Source of the DNA: Octopus sinensis
Lineage: Eukaryota
Direction: 5' to 3'
Assembly: GCF_006345805.1 (NCBI RefSeq)
Contig: NC_042997.1
Span: 58,652,001-58,716,000, forward strand
DNA: 64,000 bases
A program made the translations under genes and the position numbers. The first letter of the stretch is position 1; the number at the start of each line of letters is the position of its first letter. The notes beneath the pieces were generated by a model. That model was not told where the DNA came from, made no database searches, and saw nothing but the letters and a program-made list of their open reading frames with translations. Of this stretch, positions 50,260-61,478 are shown piece by piece.

Positions 50260-50900
50260 TTATAGAATAGTCCTTCTGAATGGGATCTGGATGTTACTCC
50301 ATTCGGACTTTCTGTTGAGAGTAGGTTTGTATTCTTGTATACAAACAGCTTCTGTGACCTGTCTCAACATTGCATCGGTGGGATGTGTTGATAGGATGTT
50401 CAACTTAAGTTTCCCTAAGGATCCCTTGTGGCAGTCTACAGCATGTTGGTAGAAGATGGAGTTTGGCTTCCTTTCAATGTAGTTGTCCAGGTGTTCTTTG
50501 AACCTATCATTGATGCTTCTAGAAGTCTCACCTATGTATGACTCTGGGTTAGTCGCGCAAGCTCCCTCCTGGCACTTAATCTGGTATACAGTGCCCTTGG
50601 TTTTGCAATTTACATGTGGATTTGTCGAACATACTGCACAATTACTTTGACAGGTGATTCTATCAAATGGATATGATCTGCATAATGCCGATTTGATAGT
50701 CCTACCTCTCTTTTCTACAACTTTAATTTTTAGGCCCGTAGTGCGCAGGATTTTCTTGAATGCCTTACTTAGCTCGTTCTTAGGTGTGGCGTCAACGAAC
50801 ATTACTCCGTGAAATCTCCTGTTATCGTACCAAGTAACGTTTCTCATCCTTTTGTTGGTGTCCCTCTCTAACCTATTCCAGAACTTGTTGCGGTATAGGG
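50260..50900 (-). pseudogene. Penelope-type GIY-YIG endonuclease, 5'-truncated open frame
   Basis: PLE linker ...KVVEKRGRTIK, CxxxCxxC, CKTKGTVYQIKC...YIGETSRSINDRFKEH...EAVCI...PTLN. Confidence 0.93.
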
Positions 50901-51732
50901 GGCATATACACCCACACATATATATATGTGTGTGCGTCTATACAAACATATATGTGAATATGTATACAACCTTCAACAAAATAACAGTCATGTACACAAC
51001 TTGGACGGACACATGCCAGTACACGGACATACGTTCACATACACATACACATGTACACACTCTCACAGACACGTCTGCCCATTCTCCTAGACACTCACAT
51101 ACATACGTAGCACATGAGTACAAACATACATACATAACTACGTATGGGCATACACACGTACATACGCACGTACATGTACGCACACACATACATGGGCACA
51201 TGCATACGTGCGCGTATACATACATACGCACATGCGTACGTATGTACATACACACATACATACATACATACGTACATACATACATACATACATACATACG
51301 CACATACATACATACATACATACATACATACATACGCACAATAGTAAAACAAAAGTTCTGTGATATAGAGATAAATATCTGATAATAGGTTTTAGGGTAT
51401 AGTTTTGGGAGTAAGGGTCGTAAATCACTTCCAGGCTTCGGCCGGGGGAAGATGAAATTTGATATTATTGTGATGAGTGGTCACTCTACATCTATCCATC
51501 GCTACAGGTTTATAGCTTTATGTTTATAGTGTGTATGTGCATATACACACACATACATATATACATACATACATACATACATACATACATACATACATAC
51601 ATACATGCATACACAGGCGTATGTACGTACATGCATACGTACATACATACACACATGTATGCATACATACACACATACATACGTACATATATATGACGAA
51701 CTAACTGTTACTTTCTCAGATGCAGCACGGAT

Positions 51733-51784
51733 ATTTGTCAGTGAACAGGTCGCGGATTTTAGCGACGAAAATATTTTGACAAAT
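51733..51784 (+). ncRNA. Hammerhead-like motif with G3:C8 core
   Basis: ATTTGTCA-GTGAACA-G-GTCGC-GGATTTTA-GCGAC-GAAA-ATAT-T-T-TGACAAAT; 8-bp stem I, 5-bp stem II, palindromic stem III. Confidence 0.62.
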
Positions 51785-51864
51785 TAAACTTAAATGTTGA
51801 AGTGAATCGAACGGCTTTTGTGTGTTTCTTAAATGGCTTATAAACACCTTCCACGCTGCAATTG

Positions 51865-51865
<1 letters not shown>

Positions 51866-51918
<53 letters not shown>

Positions 51919-51929
51919 ATATATATATA

Positions 51930-51966
<37 letters not shown>
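51866..51966. repeat. (TA)n + (GA)n microsatellites
   Basis: Direct reading. Confidence 0.95.
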
Positions 51967-51970
<4 letters not shown>

Positions 51971-52214
51971 CATTTGCAATTACTGCAAATGTGATTACAA
52001 GTCTAGATAAAAAAATACAAATCGAAAATCGCAATTAGTCGAAAAATATAAGCTGTCAATAAAACTAACTCAACAAAAATATATTCTTGTACTTCTTTTT
52101 AAATGCCACAATTAGGTCTTCAAAAGGCAACAAATTCCCTGCATGTGGCTTTACACGCATTATCAGTGTTATAGTGTATCTTTTCTGTCATATACTGATG
52201 CAGTGTGCCTATAC

Positions 52215-52350
52215 TTAGAGCATCGGATGCACCACCTTGCGGTAGCCATCCCGGCTTCTGCGCTCTGACTTCAAATCCCGCTGAAGTTAATTTTGCCATT
52301 CATCCTTTCAGACCGATAAATAAAGTACTGGTCCTGTATCGAGGACATTC
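52215..52350 (+). mobile_element. Old SINE family B fragment
   Basis: ttcaaatcccgctgaagttaattttgccattcatcctttc. Confidence 0.6.
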
Positions 52351-52377
52351 TCTCTCTCCTTCTTTCTCCCTCTCGCA

Positions 52378-52439
<62 letters not shown>

Positions 52440-52689
52440 ATTGAGGGCCCGGAGCAAAGCATGGTAAATATAATTATCTACATTACTACTATAGCTACAA
52501 CATTCGCATTACCACGTATCCATAGATATTTCTAAAGCAAAAGATACAATCCATATACTACAATATAACATTAGCTTATAGTTCCTATTCTACAGTCTAT
52601 CGAAATAGGTAAAAGTAATATTGTCTATTAGAAATCAGTGAAATACTACTGTTCATTATAAATATGAAATATGTCCGTAATAAATCAGT

Positions 52690-52915
52690 GATGGTTCAGT
52701 GGCTTACAATCATGAGGTAGTGAGGTCGAATTGAGCAAGACATTTTATTTCACGTTGCTCCAGTTCACTCGGCTATGGAGAGGGGAGGTATGGCATGCAT
52801 GGGCTACTACTGGTCTTCCATAAACAACCTTGCCCGGACTTGTGCTTCGGAGGGGAACTTTCTTGGTGCAATTCCATGGTCATTCATGACCGAGGTGGCT
52901 CTTTACTCTTACCCT
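52690..52915 (+). mobile_element. Diverged SINE related to family C core
   Basis: ttgagcaagacattttatttcacgttgctccagttcactc. Confidence 0.6.
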
Positions 52916-53284
52916 ATAAATCAGATTGCATCATAAAAAGATTAATCGTATGAATCTCATATGTACTGATCAGTACACTATATATTATACTAAACTAACA
53001 TTTCCCGGTCAGTTTTTTTTTTTCTCCGGAACGCAAAAGGTTAGAGGGTTCACGAGAAAAAGTGAATAATTAAATGCGTTTTTGATTGTTTTGCTGTTTA
53101 ATCTATATTCGCATTTTTATTATAAACGTAAAATTTCTCACATAATAAAAAAAAATACCAGTTTAACAAACAACACACATTTAAGCATACATTATGGAAA
53201 GAATACGTATTTAGGTAAACAGACGAAATCAAAAACTAAAATACGTTTGTTAAATAAAGTTGTAAAGATCTGGTGATGAAAGAA

Positions 53285-54594
53285 GCGCCCTATGAAATCA
53301 CTTTGGCTGTTGGCCAAAAATGAAAACCTTTCTCTGATGGAGAAGAAATTTTTTTACCTTGTCTCTAAATATTTATTTCTTGGCGATAAAAACATTGTTC
53401 GACTTCGATGTAGCACACATGGAAAAGTTCTTTCCTTATGTAACTGAGAAATTAAAAGGTCTTTCCTTTATTTTCTTTAACCTTGGACGAATCTATTAAA
53501 ATATGGGATATAACTCAGTCACGCATTTTTATCAGAGGTTTTGATGACAATTTTAGCTCCATTGAAAAACCAGTCAAGAGTAACTTTAAAGGAAAAAGAA
53601 TCAAGAGGATCGGACATATCTAAAAAAAAAAATAATAATAATGTCCGACACGAAAAATTTACAAGAATTTTCAGTAAACTTATTAGTTCTTTATACTGAC
53701 AAAATTCTGTCGGTGATCAGTAAGACTTTTAGGACTGCAATTTTGTTTGTAAAATTTTTAGATCATGCTCTTTGAAAATATCAATACATTAGGCACCAAG
53801 AGTTGTTGCGTGGAAACACTTTAGTCATCATCCAAGTGTTAACACAGTGGTTCTCAACAGGAGTACATATAGCCCTTGGTGTCCACATAAGATTTTGTTG
53901 TTAAAATTCATGTCCAATAAACTGGTTGTACATATATAATATACAAAATATCTTTAGCAATCTTTTTTATACAGTTTTTTATAATATTTAGTATGATAAG
54001 ATTTTTTCAAACATCAAATGGTCCACCAGAGTAAAATAGGAATCACAGGGGCTCCATAGGCAAACAATGGTTGAGAGCCACTTTGTTAACATATAATACG
54101 CGATTAAAGTGCATTAAAAGGATGAGAATTCAAGGAATATTGCGAAATGCAAGATTTAGAATATGAAAATATTGTTCTCCATAGGCAGGTATCTTCCAAA
54201 GACAAGTTCTAATTAGATTTCGGAAATAGAAAAATACTGTTCATCATTTTCTAGAAGAGAAATGTGAGCTGTCCAAAGAATGAGTTCATTTATGTTATAA
54301 CAATTAGCGATTTGATTCAACATTTTTATTTGATGTAACAAAGTAGTAGTAATATATCGTTTCCTTGCTTTCTTGAGCTAGATACCATTGAATTCAAATA
54401 AATACCATTGAATTCAATGCTCCTATCCCAGTTTCTACACTTAAAAGAGTACAGAATATGCTGGGGATTATAACAGTTTAACAAAAAATGCTGAAACAGT
54501 CAAAAGCTGTTTTCGTGATTTTTGCTGAAGATTGCATACTTAAATCTTGTATCCATTTAAACCGTTTTTGCTGTGCGAAGCAAAAAAAGAAAAG

Positions 54595-54639
<45 letters not shown>

Positions 54640-55068
54640 CGTGAGAGAGGGAGAAAGAGAAATATATAAAGAGAAATATATAAAGAGAAAGAGAAATAAA
54701 GATAGATAGAGAGAGATCGTGAAAATGCTTAGTAGCATACAAGCGGAACTTATTGACTTAAAAACAAAAGCTTTTAAGTCAATATTGAAAATGTAATTTG
54801 AGATGGCTTCCCTCAGTTCCAAATGTTTTTGACAAGATTAATTGCAAATTTTTCAGAACTAACAAAATTTACACAGAGCTACACCAGTCGTTTCAGAACG
54901 GTGTGCAGATGTGAACAAACTATCCGTAAAACTGATTAAAAAAAAAAATCTAAAATGAAGTCACGTTTGAATGATTTGAGTTTGAAGAATTTTCTCCGCT
55001 TCCCAGTAACTAATTCAAAAGCCAAACATCAAAGATTTTGTAAAATCAAAACCCAAATGTCTCATTAA
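53285..55068 (+). pseudogene. Heavily degenerate hAT transposase (Charlie/SPIN/GTF2IRD2-type), interrupted by a MITE and microsatellites
   Basis: Hand translation in order: YEITLAVGQK*KPFSDGEE; FSLTLDES..ITQSRIFIRGFDDNF; IRHQELLRG; GQVLIRFRK..HHFLEEK; CEQT...KSRLND..L..FLR (dimerisation domain). Confidence 0.75.
53845..54083. mobile_element. hAT-Charlie-type MITE with perfect 8-bp TSD
   Basis: TIR cagtggttctcaac / gttgagagccact; TGTTAACA at 53837-53844 and 54084-54091. Confidence 0.93.
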
Positions 55069-55371
55069 AGTAAACCATGTTTACATTGCTTGTTTTGTGT
55101 CTTTTGTATTAAATCATTATATCTGTAAAAATGCTAAATATGTCTATATCAACATATTATATACATAAATTAAAGGGGATGTGATACAGCGCTTAAGAAC
55201 TCGTGCGTAAAATAGCTATCACATGATATACAAATTAAATATGTGGCTACCTCTGCTGTAGATGGTTCATACATTAATCAAAGCTATTATAATATATATT
55301 CGAATTATGCAATTGAAGCAGCTCTATAATAAAAAAAAATATCAAGAAATGATTCTTTAATCTATATGCAG

Positions 55372-55603
55372 TGTTTAAACGCCAGAAACTGCGGTTTTTC
55401 GTCCGGGAAAATCTGTTTAAAGGGGTATAGCGTTAAAAAATACAATTTACTTTAGAGCTAGGCGAAATGAAATCATGATCACTTCTTGGCAGGATTACGT
55501 TTTGCCTAGCTTTGAAGTATTGAGATATACTGTGTTTTTTAATACTATATGTCTTTAAAGGAATTTTTCCGGACGAAAACCCGCAGCTCCTGATGTTTAA
55601 ACA
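55372..55603. mobile_element. MITE-like element with ~75-bp imperfect TIRs
   Basis: tgtttaaacgccagaaactgcggtttttcgtccgggaaaat vs attttt ccggacgaaaacccgcagctcctgatgtttaaaca. Confidence 0.7.
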
Positions 55604-55671
55604 ACACAAGTACTTTGTAAAGTATTTTGTATTGGTAATGTTTTTATTATAGTCGAGGACGCATGACCTAA

Positions 55672-55905
55672 TTATCAGGTCATTGCACTCGCGATCGCGA
55701 GATAGTGGTATCAGTTCTTGGCCCGTGTGGTGCGCTGTGTTCTTGAGCAAAACACTTCATCTCACATTGCTCTGCAATCTCTTCGACACCTGAAACGCAG
55801 TACACTGTGCACCTGTTCAAGCAGCGTGAATTTAACGGAGAGAGCTAATATTCAGCACAAACATTCGATTATTATAAACAAATTATTCGTGCTGGTTGTT
55901 TAGCA
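55672..55905 (+). mobile_element. Diverged tRNA-derived SINE related to family C
   Basis: tgtgttcttgagcaaaacacttcatctcacattgctc. Confidence 0.6.
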
Positions 55906-56454
55906 TGAAATTACAAAACCGTCTTTCCCGAACTACAAGAGACTATCATCAGATCAGATATATTAGTTATACTTCCTAACCAACAGTAATAATGTTACTA
56001 GTTCCTGCTATATTTATTGTTGTATGACTGATCATGTCTATTGTACATTGAGATAAATACTCCATTAGGGGTTGAAAATATGGTTTGTTCACTGTCAGCT
56101 GCTCACTTCACATCAGTATAGTAAAAACAAACAGGAGAAAGAAGACATTTATGAGCCTTTGGAGTGGAGTTTGGTTATCCAATATCAAAAATACGCTTTC
56201 AGTTTATGCTCTTTATTATTGAAGCGACAAGATGTGTACAAACCTACCGGGACCAACGTATGGCTGGATTAAGATTATTGGAGAGAGGCAACATGGCTCC
56301 ATGATTCAAAGGCTACATGCTGTTGTCATATTTAGAACAACAAAGCTTAATATCTAAATGGTGAATAGATGTGCAAAGGCTGTAGAATACAAGATAACTT
56401 TTTATTTCATATCTCTCCTTTATAACCTTGCCATAAAGCAGCTGCTAAAATATA

Positions 56455-56641
56455 GTGAGAGAGAGAGAGAGAAAGAAAGAGAGAGAGAGAGAGAGAGAAT
56501 GTATATACATATACGTACAAGCGTACAAGAATACATACCAATGAACCTAATAAATATCATATACATACAAATATGCATACATAATACACATATGCAGAGA
56601 TACATAAGCACAAACATGGAGACATATTTACATGCATGTAG

Positions 56642-56680
<39 letters not shown>

Positions 56681-56732
56681 TACATACATACATACATACA
56701 TACATACATACATACATACATACATACATACA
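56455..56732. repeat. (GA)n, (CA)n, (TACA)n microsatellites
   Basis: Direct reading. Confidence 0.9.
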
Positions 56733-57182
56733 TGATGGACTCCTGCGTTGATTCCGACATATAAACATTCTTGTTGCACGATCGAAAGAGTTACTCATTG
56801 AAGTATAGCCTAAGTGGCTGAGTATTTCACAGAAATTCCTGTCCTTGACGTAATTTTCAAGCAGTCTTTATAATATAACACAATGTAACAAAGATGGACC
56901 TTGTAATCACTTATACAGTTGATCTCGTGGGTTTCTCCATAGACTTCGTTCACATTGTTTCCCCAGTTTAAACTGACATATACACATTCACGTATATGAT
57001 ATAGCACACAGGTATTATACGGCATAGTTCTACGTATATAAACAAAACAACAAGTGTGTTCTATTCTTTATCATTTAGTTCAAATAAGAATTACAGTACA
57101 AATAATTTATTTAAACCTATCTGGAACATGAATAACTGGATGTAGATATTGTTGTAGTTGTTTTACTTTTTAGTTATTATTT

Positions 57183-57385
57183 GGGTGAGCTGGCAGAACT
57201 GTTACCGTCGGACAAATTGCCAAGCAGTATTTTCTCAGTTTTTTACTCCCGAGATCAAGTGCTGATGAGGTCGACTTGGCCTTTCTGGATCGATAAAATA
57301 ACTACCGGTTGAGCGCCGGAGTCGATGCAATCGGTTTCCCTCTCTCCATTAATGTTGCTGGCCTTGTACCAAAATTTGTTAGAAA
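57183..57385 (+). mobile_element. Old SINE family B copy
   Basis: gagctggcagaactgtt...gaggtcgacttggcc...gctggccttgtaccaaaatttg. Confidence 0.7.
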
Positions 57386-57939
57386 TAATTATTATTTGGG
57401 TTCAAAAGGACTGGTGAGCAGAGCTTTATGTGAACGTATAAGATTGAAGTAGAAGGTGTTGAAATTTATGGAATAAGTGAGTTTAAGAGACGCTGATATG
57501 TTGACAGAGAACTAGAGTCCACCGTAGAATTTATAAAAACATAAACAACTCGACGATGTGTATGAGCCATGAACCAAGCCCTACACTCCAAATAGAACTT
57601 TCTTTTAATCAGACTGTTGGTCAATGAATATTTGTTTAACAGTTCAGCTTTTCGATTGAAGATCTAGCCTCTTAACCGGTCGGTCTACAAATTATATCTG
57701 CTCAGCGTCTTCAGCAAAGCTTCTTAGCACACAATGACTCACTCTAACTATCAGTAACTATCGATCATATGAATCACAGTTAATTTATTCAAACAGTGAA
57801 TAGAACATATGACTGATAAGTATCAATTTAGTTTGAGATACCGGGTTCAAGTCATATAAATAACAATACCGGTTCAAGGTGGATGCTTATTTTAATTAAT
57901 TCTGTGCTCTCGGTAGTGTTTCAACTAATTCTATCCATG

Positions 57940-58135
57940 CACTCAAGAACAAGGACCAACTATGTTAAGTGCAGAATAGACAGCACTACCGACAGCGACA
58001 GACGCAGAATGTGTGGTGAGAGGGGTGAAACGGTACGGCACATCGTTAGTGAATACCCGAAATTGGCACAACGTGAATACAAAAGACCCCATCACAATGT
58101 GGCAAGAATGATTCACTGAGAGCTCTGTTGACACT
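57940..58135 (+). pseudogene. Dong/R4-type CCHC-region fragment
   Basis: RTNYVKCRID...RMCGERGETVRHIVSE..KLAQREYKR.H.NVARMIH. Confidence 0.78.
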
Positions 58136-58185
58136 GTCTACCATACCCAGCAAAATAAGCTGTGAGTTTTAATCACAAATTAATG

Positions 58186-58242
<57 letters not shown>

Positions 58243-58787
58243 GCCCTGATGCAGTACCAGGCAGTGGCTCTCATGGCTTCTGATCTTAACCGATTGGAAG
58301 TGTTATCATGTTCATTGTTTTATCTTGGTATAAAAGATGGGCTACAGCAAATATTCTGCTCAAAACCACAGATTTGCTTGTCAATTGTTTTACCTTAACC
58401 AGTTGACCATGTCCCTTAGTGGCTGACGATATGTGCATCTCTGATCACGAGCAAAACAAGTGGAGGAGCATCATAGCCATGTGTTGAGAGGAATGGATAA
58501 TTCACCTCTGGAAACATGGGTGTTTCGTTCTACGTCCTTAAACAATCCTTATTCAGGGACCTTTTGAATGGGATGGGCTACTCAAACTGAAGAAAATTCT
58601 AACTGAGCCCCACCTGCAAATCATACGCTGTTTATCTTCATATGAGATCACCATGTCGCGCACATTTGATTGTGATGCATGTGCCTGGTGTACTCTTATC
58701 AGACGGGTAGTCATAATGGATATACTGGGTTTCGTATATTTTACTCCACTGTGACTTTGATGGCATGCACTGCTCTCTCACTCACTC
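58243..58787 (+). mobile_element. Full-length family D non-coding retroposon-like repeat in (AAT)n
   Basis: 545 bp, (AAT)n on both sides, homologous to 25452-26248 and 96-376. Confidence 0.88.
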
Positions 58788-58850
<63 letters not shown>

Positions 58851-58851
<1 letters not shown>

Positions 58852-59051
58852 CCAAAAGATTGTACTGACAAATAGTGGCCACATCATTAGAAAACCCTAT
58901 CCATTAAAATGTCTGTGTTGTGTTACATGAAGATATTTCGCTACTTTCCCTCCCCAAACTTTCATTCATAATATAACATTACTTATCCTTCACTCACCCC
59001 AGGACGCTGGACGTGTCTCGGCAAGTGACTGTAACAAACATGAAGAATAAA

Positions 59052-59055
<4 letters not shown>
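58851..59055 (+). mobile_element. Probable 3' UTR of a Dong/R4-type element
   Basis: Bounded by (AAT)n; shares ctcggcaag near its 3' end with the UTR at 60604-60617. Confidence 0.5.
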
Positions 59056-59116
<61 letters not shown>

Positions 59117-59128
59117 TAATAATAATAA

Positions 59129-59163
<35 letters not shown>

Positions 59164-59165
<2 letters not shown>

Positions 59166-60652
59166 TTCAGCATGCAAGCATGAAAGAGAAGATCAGGAAG
59201 GAATGTTATAGGAGAGTTCGTGCAGTCCTGAAATCTGAACTAAATGCACGTAACAAGGTGTTAGCTATAAATTCCTTAGCAGTTCCAGTTGTTACTTATA
59301 GCTACAATGTGTTGAACTGGAATATGAGTGAAGTAAAGAATATAGATAGGAAAATACGCAAGCTGCTGAGTTGTAATAGGATGCACCACCCAAAGGCAGA
59401 CGTAGATCGCCTTTACCTTCCCAGAGCCCAAGGAGGTCGAGGCCTGATCCAATTTGAACTAGCTTACAAAACAACCACAATTAGACTGGCCAAATATCTC
59501 GAAATAACGAATGACTGGATGCTAAAGCTCGTGGAAAATCACGAGAGACGAAAGAAGCTTCATTCTATCATAAAGGAAAGTAAAAAATTTGCTATTGATC
59601 TTGTGCAAGATACCCAAACTGAACAACCCGAGGGAAGTACGGCAACTATTGTTGCAAAGAAGGTGAAAATAATGGCAACGAAAAAAGCGCACGAGCAATT
59701 GGCTGATAGGTGGGAGGAGAAACCTCTGCACGGCAAATATGTGGCCCGCAGCAAACAAGCTGATGTTGACCAGACGCAAACCCATCAGTGGCTACGGAGC
59801 TCAGGGCTAAAAGCAGAGAGCGAAGGTTTCATCCTAGCTGCTCAAGATCAAAGCCTATTAACCCGGAACTACCAGGCCAATGTGATGAAAAATGGAGCAG
59901 ACCCAAAATGCCGATTCTGCAACGACATGATTGAAACAGTGGACCACCTAATCTCTGGATGTAAAGTCTTAGCACCAGTGGAGTATAAATTAAGACATGA
60001 CAGAGTTGGCCAATATCTACACTGGCTAATAAGTCGGCATTACAATATCAAAACTGCCGACAAGTGGTATAATCACCACCCTGAGGCTGTAACTGAAGGA
60101 GAAAATGTAACAATTCTGTGGGACTTTCCAGTACATACAGACCGAACCATTAAGGCCAATAAACCAGATATTATTGTGAAAGACCAAAACAATAAAGTTT
60201 GCTTATTGATCGACATGAGCATCCCCTGTGATCATAATATCTCAGCGAAAGAGTTTGACAAGCTCAGAAAATATAAAGACCTACTCATTGAAATTGAGAA
60301 AATGTGGCATCTCAAGGCGGTTACAATACCAGTGATCGTAGGAGCACTAGGAATGATCAAGAAGAGAACCGAAAATTATATGAGAATGATCCCTGGCTTA
60401 CCATCCCTGCAAGAAGTGCAAAAGATTGTCTTAACTGGTACATCACACGTATTGAGAAGAGCATTGTCGATGTGAGAACTGTTGCTGCTCATGTATTTTA
60501 ATTTAACTTAAAAAAAAAAGAAAAAAAAAATGAACGAACTATTGAGTTTGGTTTAATGGCCTACCAATGTATACTATGAGTTTCTTTGCCCTAGGAGTCG
60601 GGAAGACACTCGGCAAGAAATGGAAGCAAATTTAAAAGAAGAAAAAAAAAGA
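59164..60652 (+). mobile_element. 5'-truncated Dong/R4-clade RLE non-LTR retrotransposon inserted in (AAT)n
   Basis: Open ORF end, 3' UTR, (AAT)n on both sides. Confidence 0.93.
59180..60475 (+). CDS. Dong/R4-type protein C-terminus: RT thumb, CCHC knuckle, restriction-like endonuclease
   Basis: RLYLPRAQGGRGL; CRFC...ETVDHLISGC; RHD; KPDII...LIDMSIP...K..KY; uninterrupted 431 aa. Confidence 0.92.
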   Translation: MKEKIRKECYRRVRAVLKSELNARNKVLAINSLAVPVVTYSYNVLNWNMSEVKNIDRKIRKLLSCNRMHHPKADVDRLYLPRAQGGRGLIQFELAYKTTTIRLAKYLEITNDWMLKLVENHERRKKLHSIIKESKKFAIDLVQDTQTEQPEGSTATIVAKKVKIMATKKAHEQLADRWEEKPLHGKYVARSKQADVDQTQTHQWLRSSGLKAESEGFILAAQDQSLLTRNYQANVMKNGADPKCRFCNDMIETVDHLISGCKVLAPVEYKLRHDRVGQYLHWLISRHYNIKTADKWYNHHPEAVTEGENVTILWDFPVHTDRTIKANKPDIIVKDQNNKVCLLIDMSIPCDHNISAKEFDKLRKYKDLLIEIEKMWHLKAVTIPVIVGALGMIKKRTENYMRMIPGLPSLQEVQKIVLTGTSHVLRRALSM

Positions 60653-60677
60653 AATAATAATAATAATGATGATCATG

Positions 60678-60726
<49 letters not shown>

Positions 60727-60747
60727 TAATAATAATAATAATAATAA

Positions 60748-61081
60748 TGATAACTGCTCATATCCTACGCAAAATACTTTCTATGTAATCTCAAGGTTTA
60801 AAACAAACATAATTTTCGGTTTTTAAAGGAAAAAAAAAATAAGAAAAAGAGAAAAAATTAAAAAAATTTTTTTTTTAGACATTCATTAGTACAACACCAA
60901 AGACTCCCCCCCCCCCAAATATATGGCACACTAGGCATAACAACAACATGAACTTCCAACCTGTTGTCTCTTGAGGTCTCTGGGTGAGACTTGGAGCCAA
61001 CTTGTACAAGTATAAAGCAAAACTCAAACATAGAATAATAATAATAATAATAATAATAATATAATAATAATAATAATAATA

Positions 61082-61135
<54 letters not shown>

Positions 61136-61414
61136 TAACTGCTCATATCCTACGCAAAATACTTTCTATGTAATCTCAAGGTTAAAACAAACATAATTTT
61201 CGGTTTTTAAAGGAAAAAAAAAATAAGAAAAAGAGAAAAAATTAAAAAAATTTTTTTTTAGACATTCATTAGTACAACACCAAAGACTCCCCCCCCCCAA
61301 ATATATGGCACACTAGGCATAACAACAACATGAACTTCCAACCTGTTGTCTCTTGAGGTCTCTGGGTGAGACTTGGAGCCAACTTGTACAAGTATAAAGC
61401 AAAACTCAAACATA

Positions 61415-61416
<2 letters not shown>
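60748..61416 (+). repeat. Tandem duplication, period ~385 bp (60748-61034 and 61133-61416), each unit ending in a Dong-like 3' UTR and (AAT)n
   Basis: Copies differ only in homopolymer lengths. Confidence 0.93.

Positions 61417-61478
<62 letters not shown>

Larger units (their letters stand above)
49038..51865 (-). mobile_element. Penelope-like element: GIY-YIG core with ~1-kb inverted duplication of its 3' region, within (TA)n
   Basis: Arms 49096-50097 and 50907-51865 are near-identical reverse complements; the spacer holds the GIY-YIG ORF; both arms carry a hammerhead-like motif. Confidence 0.88.
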
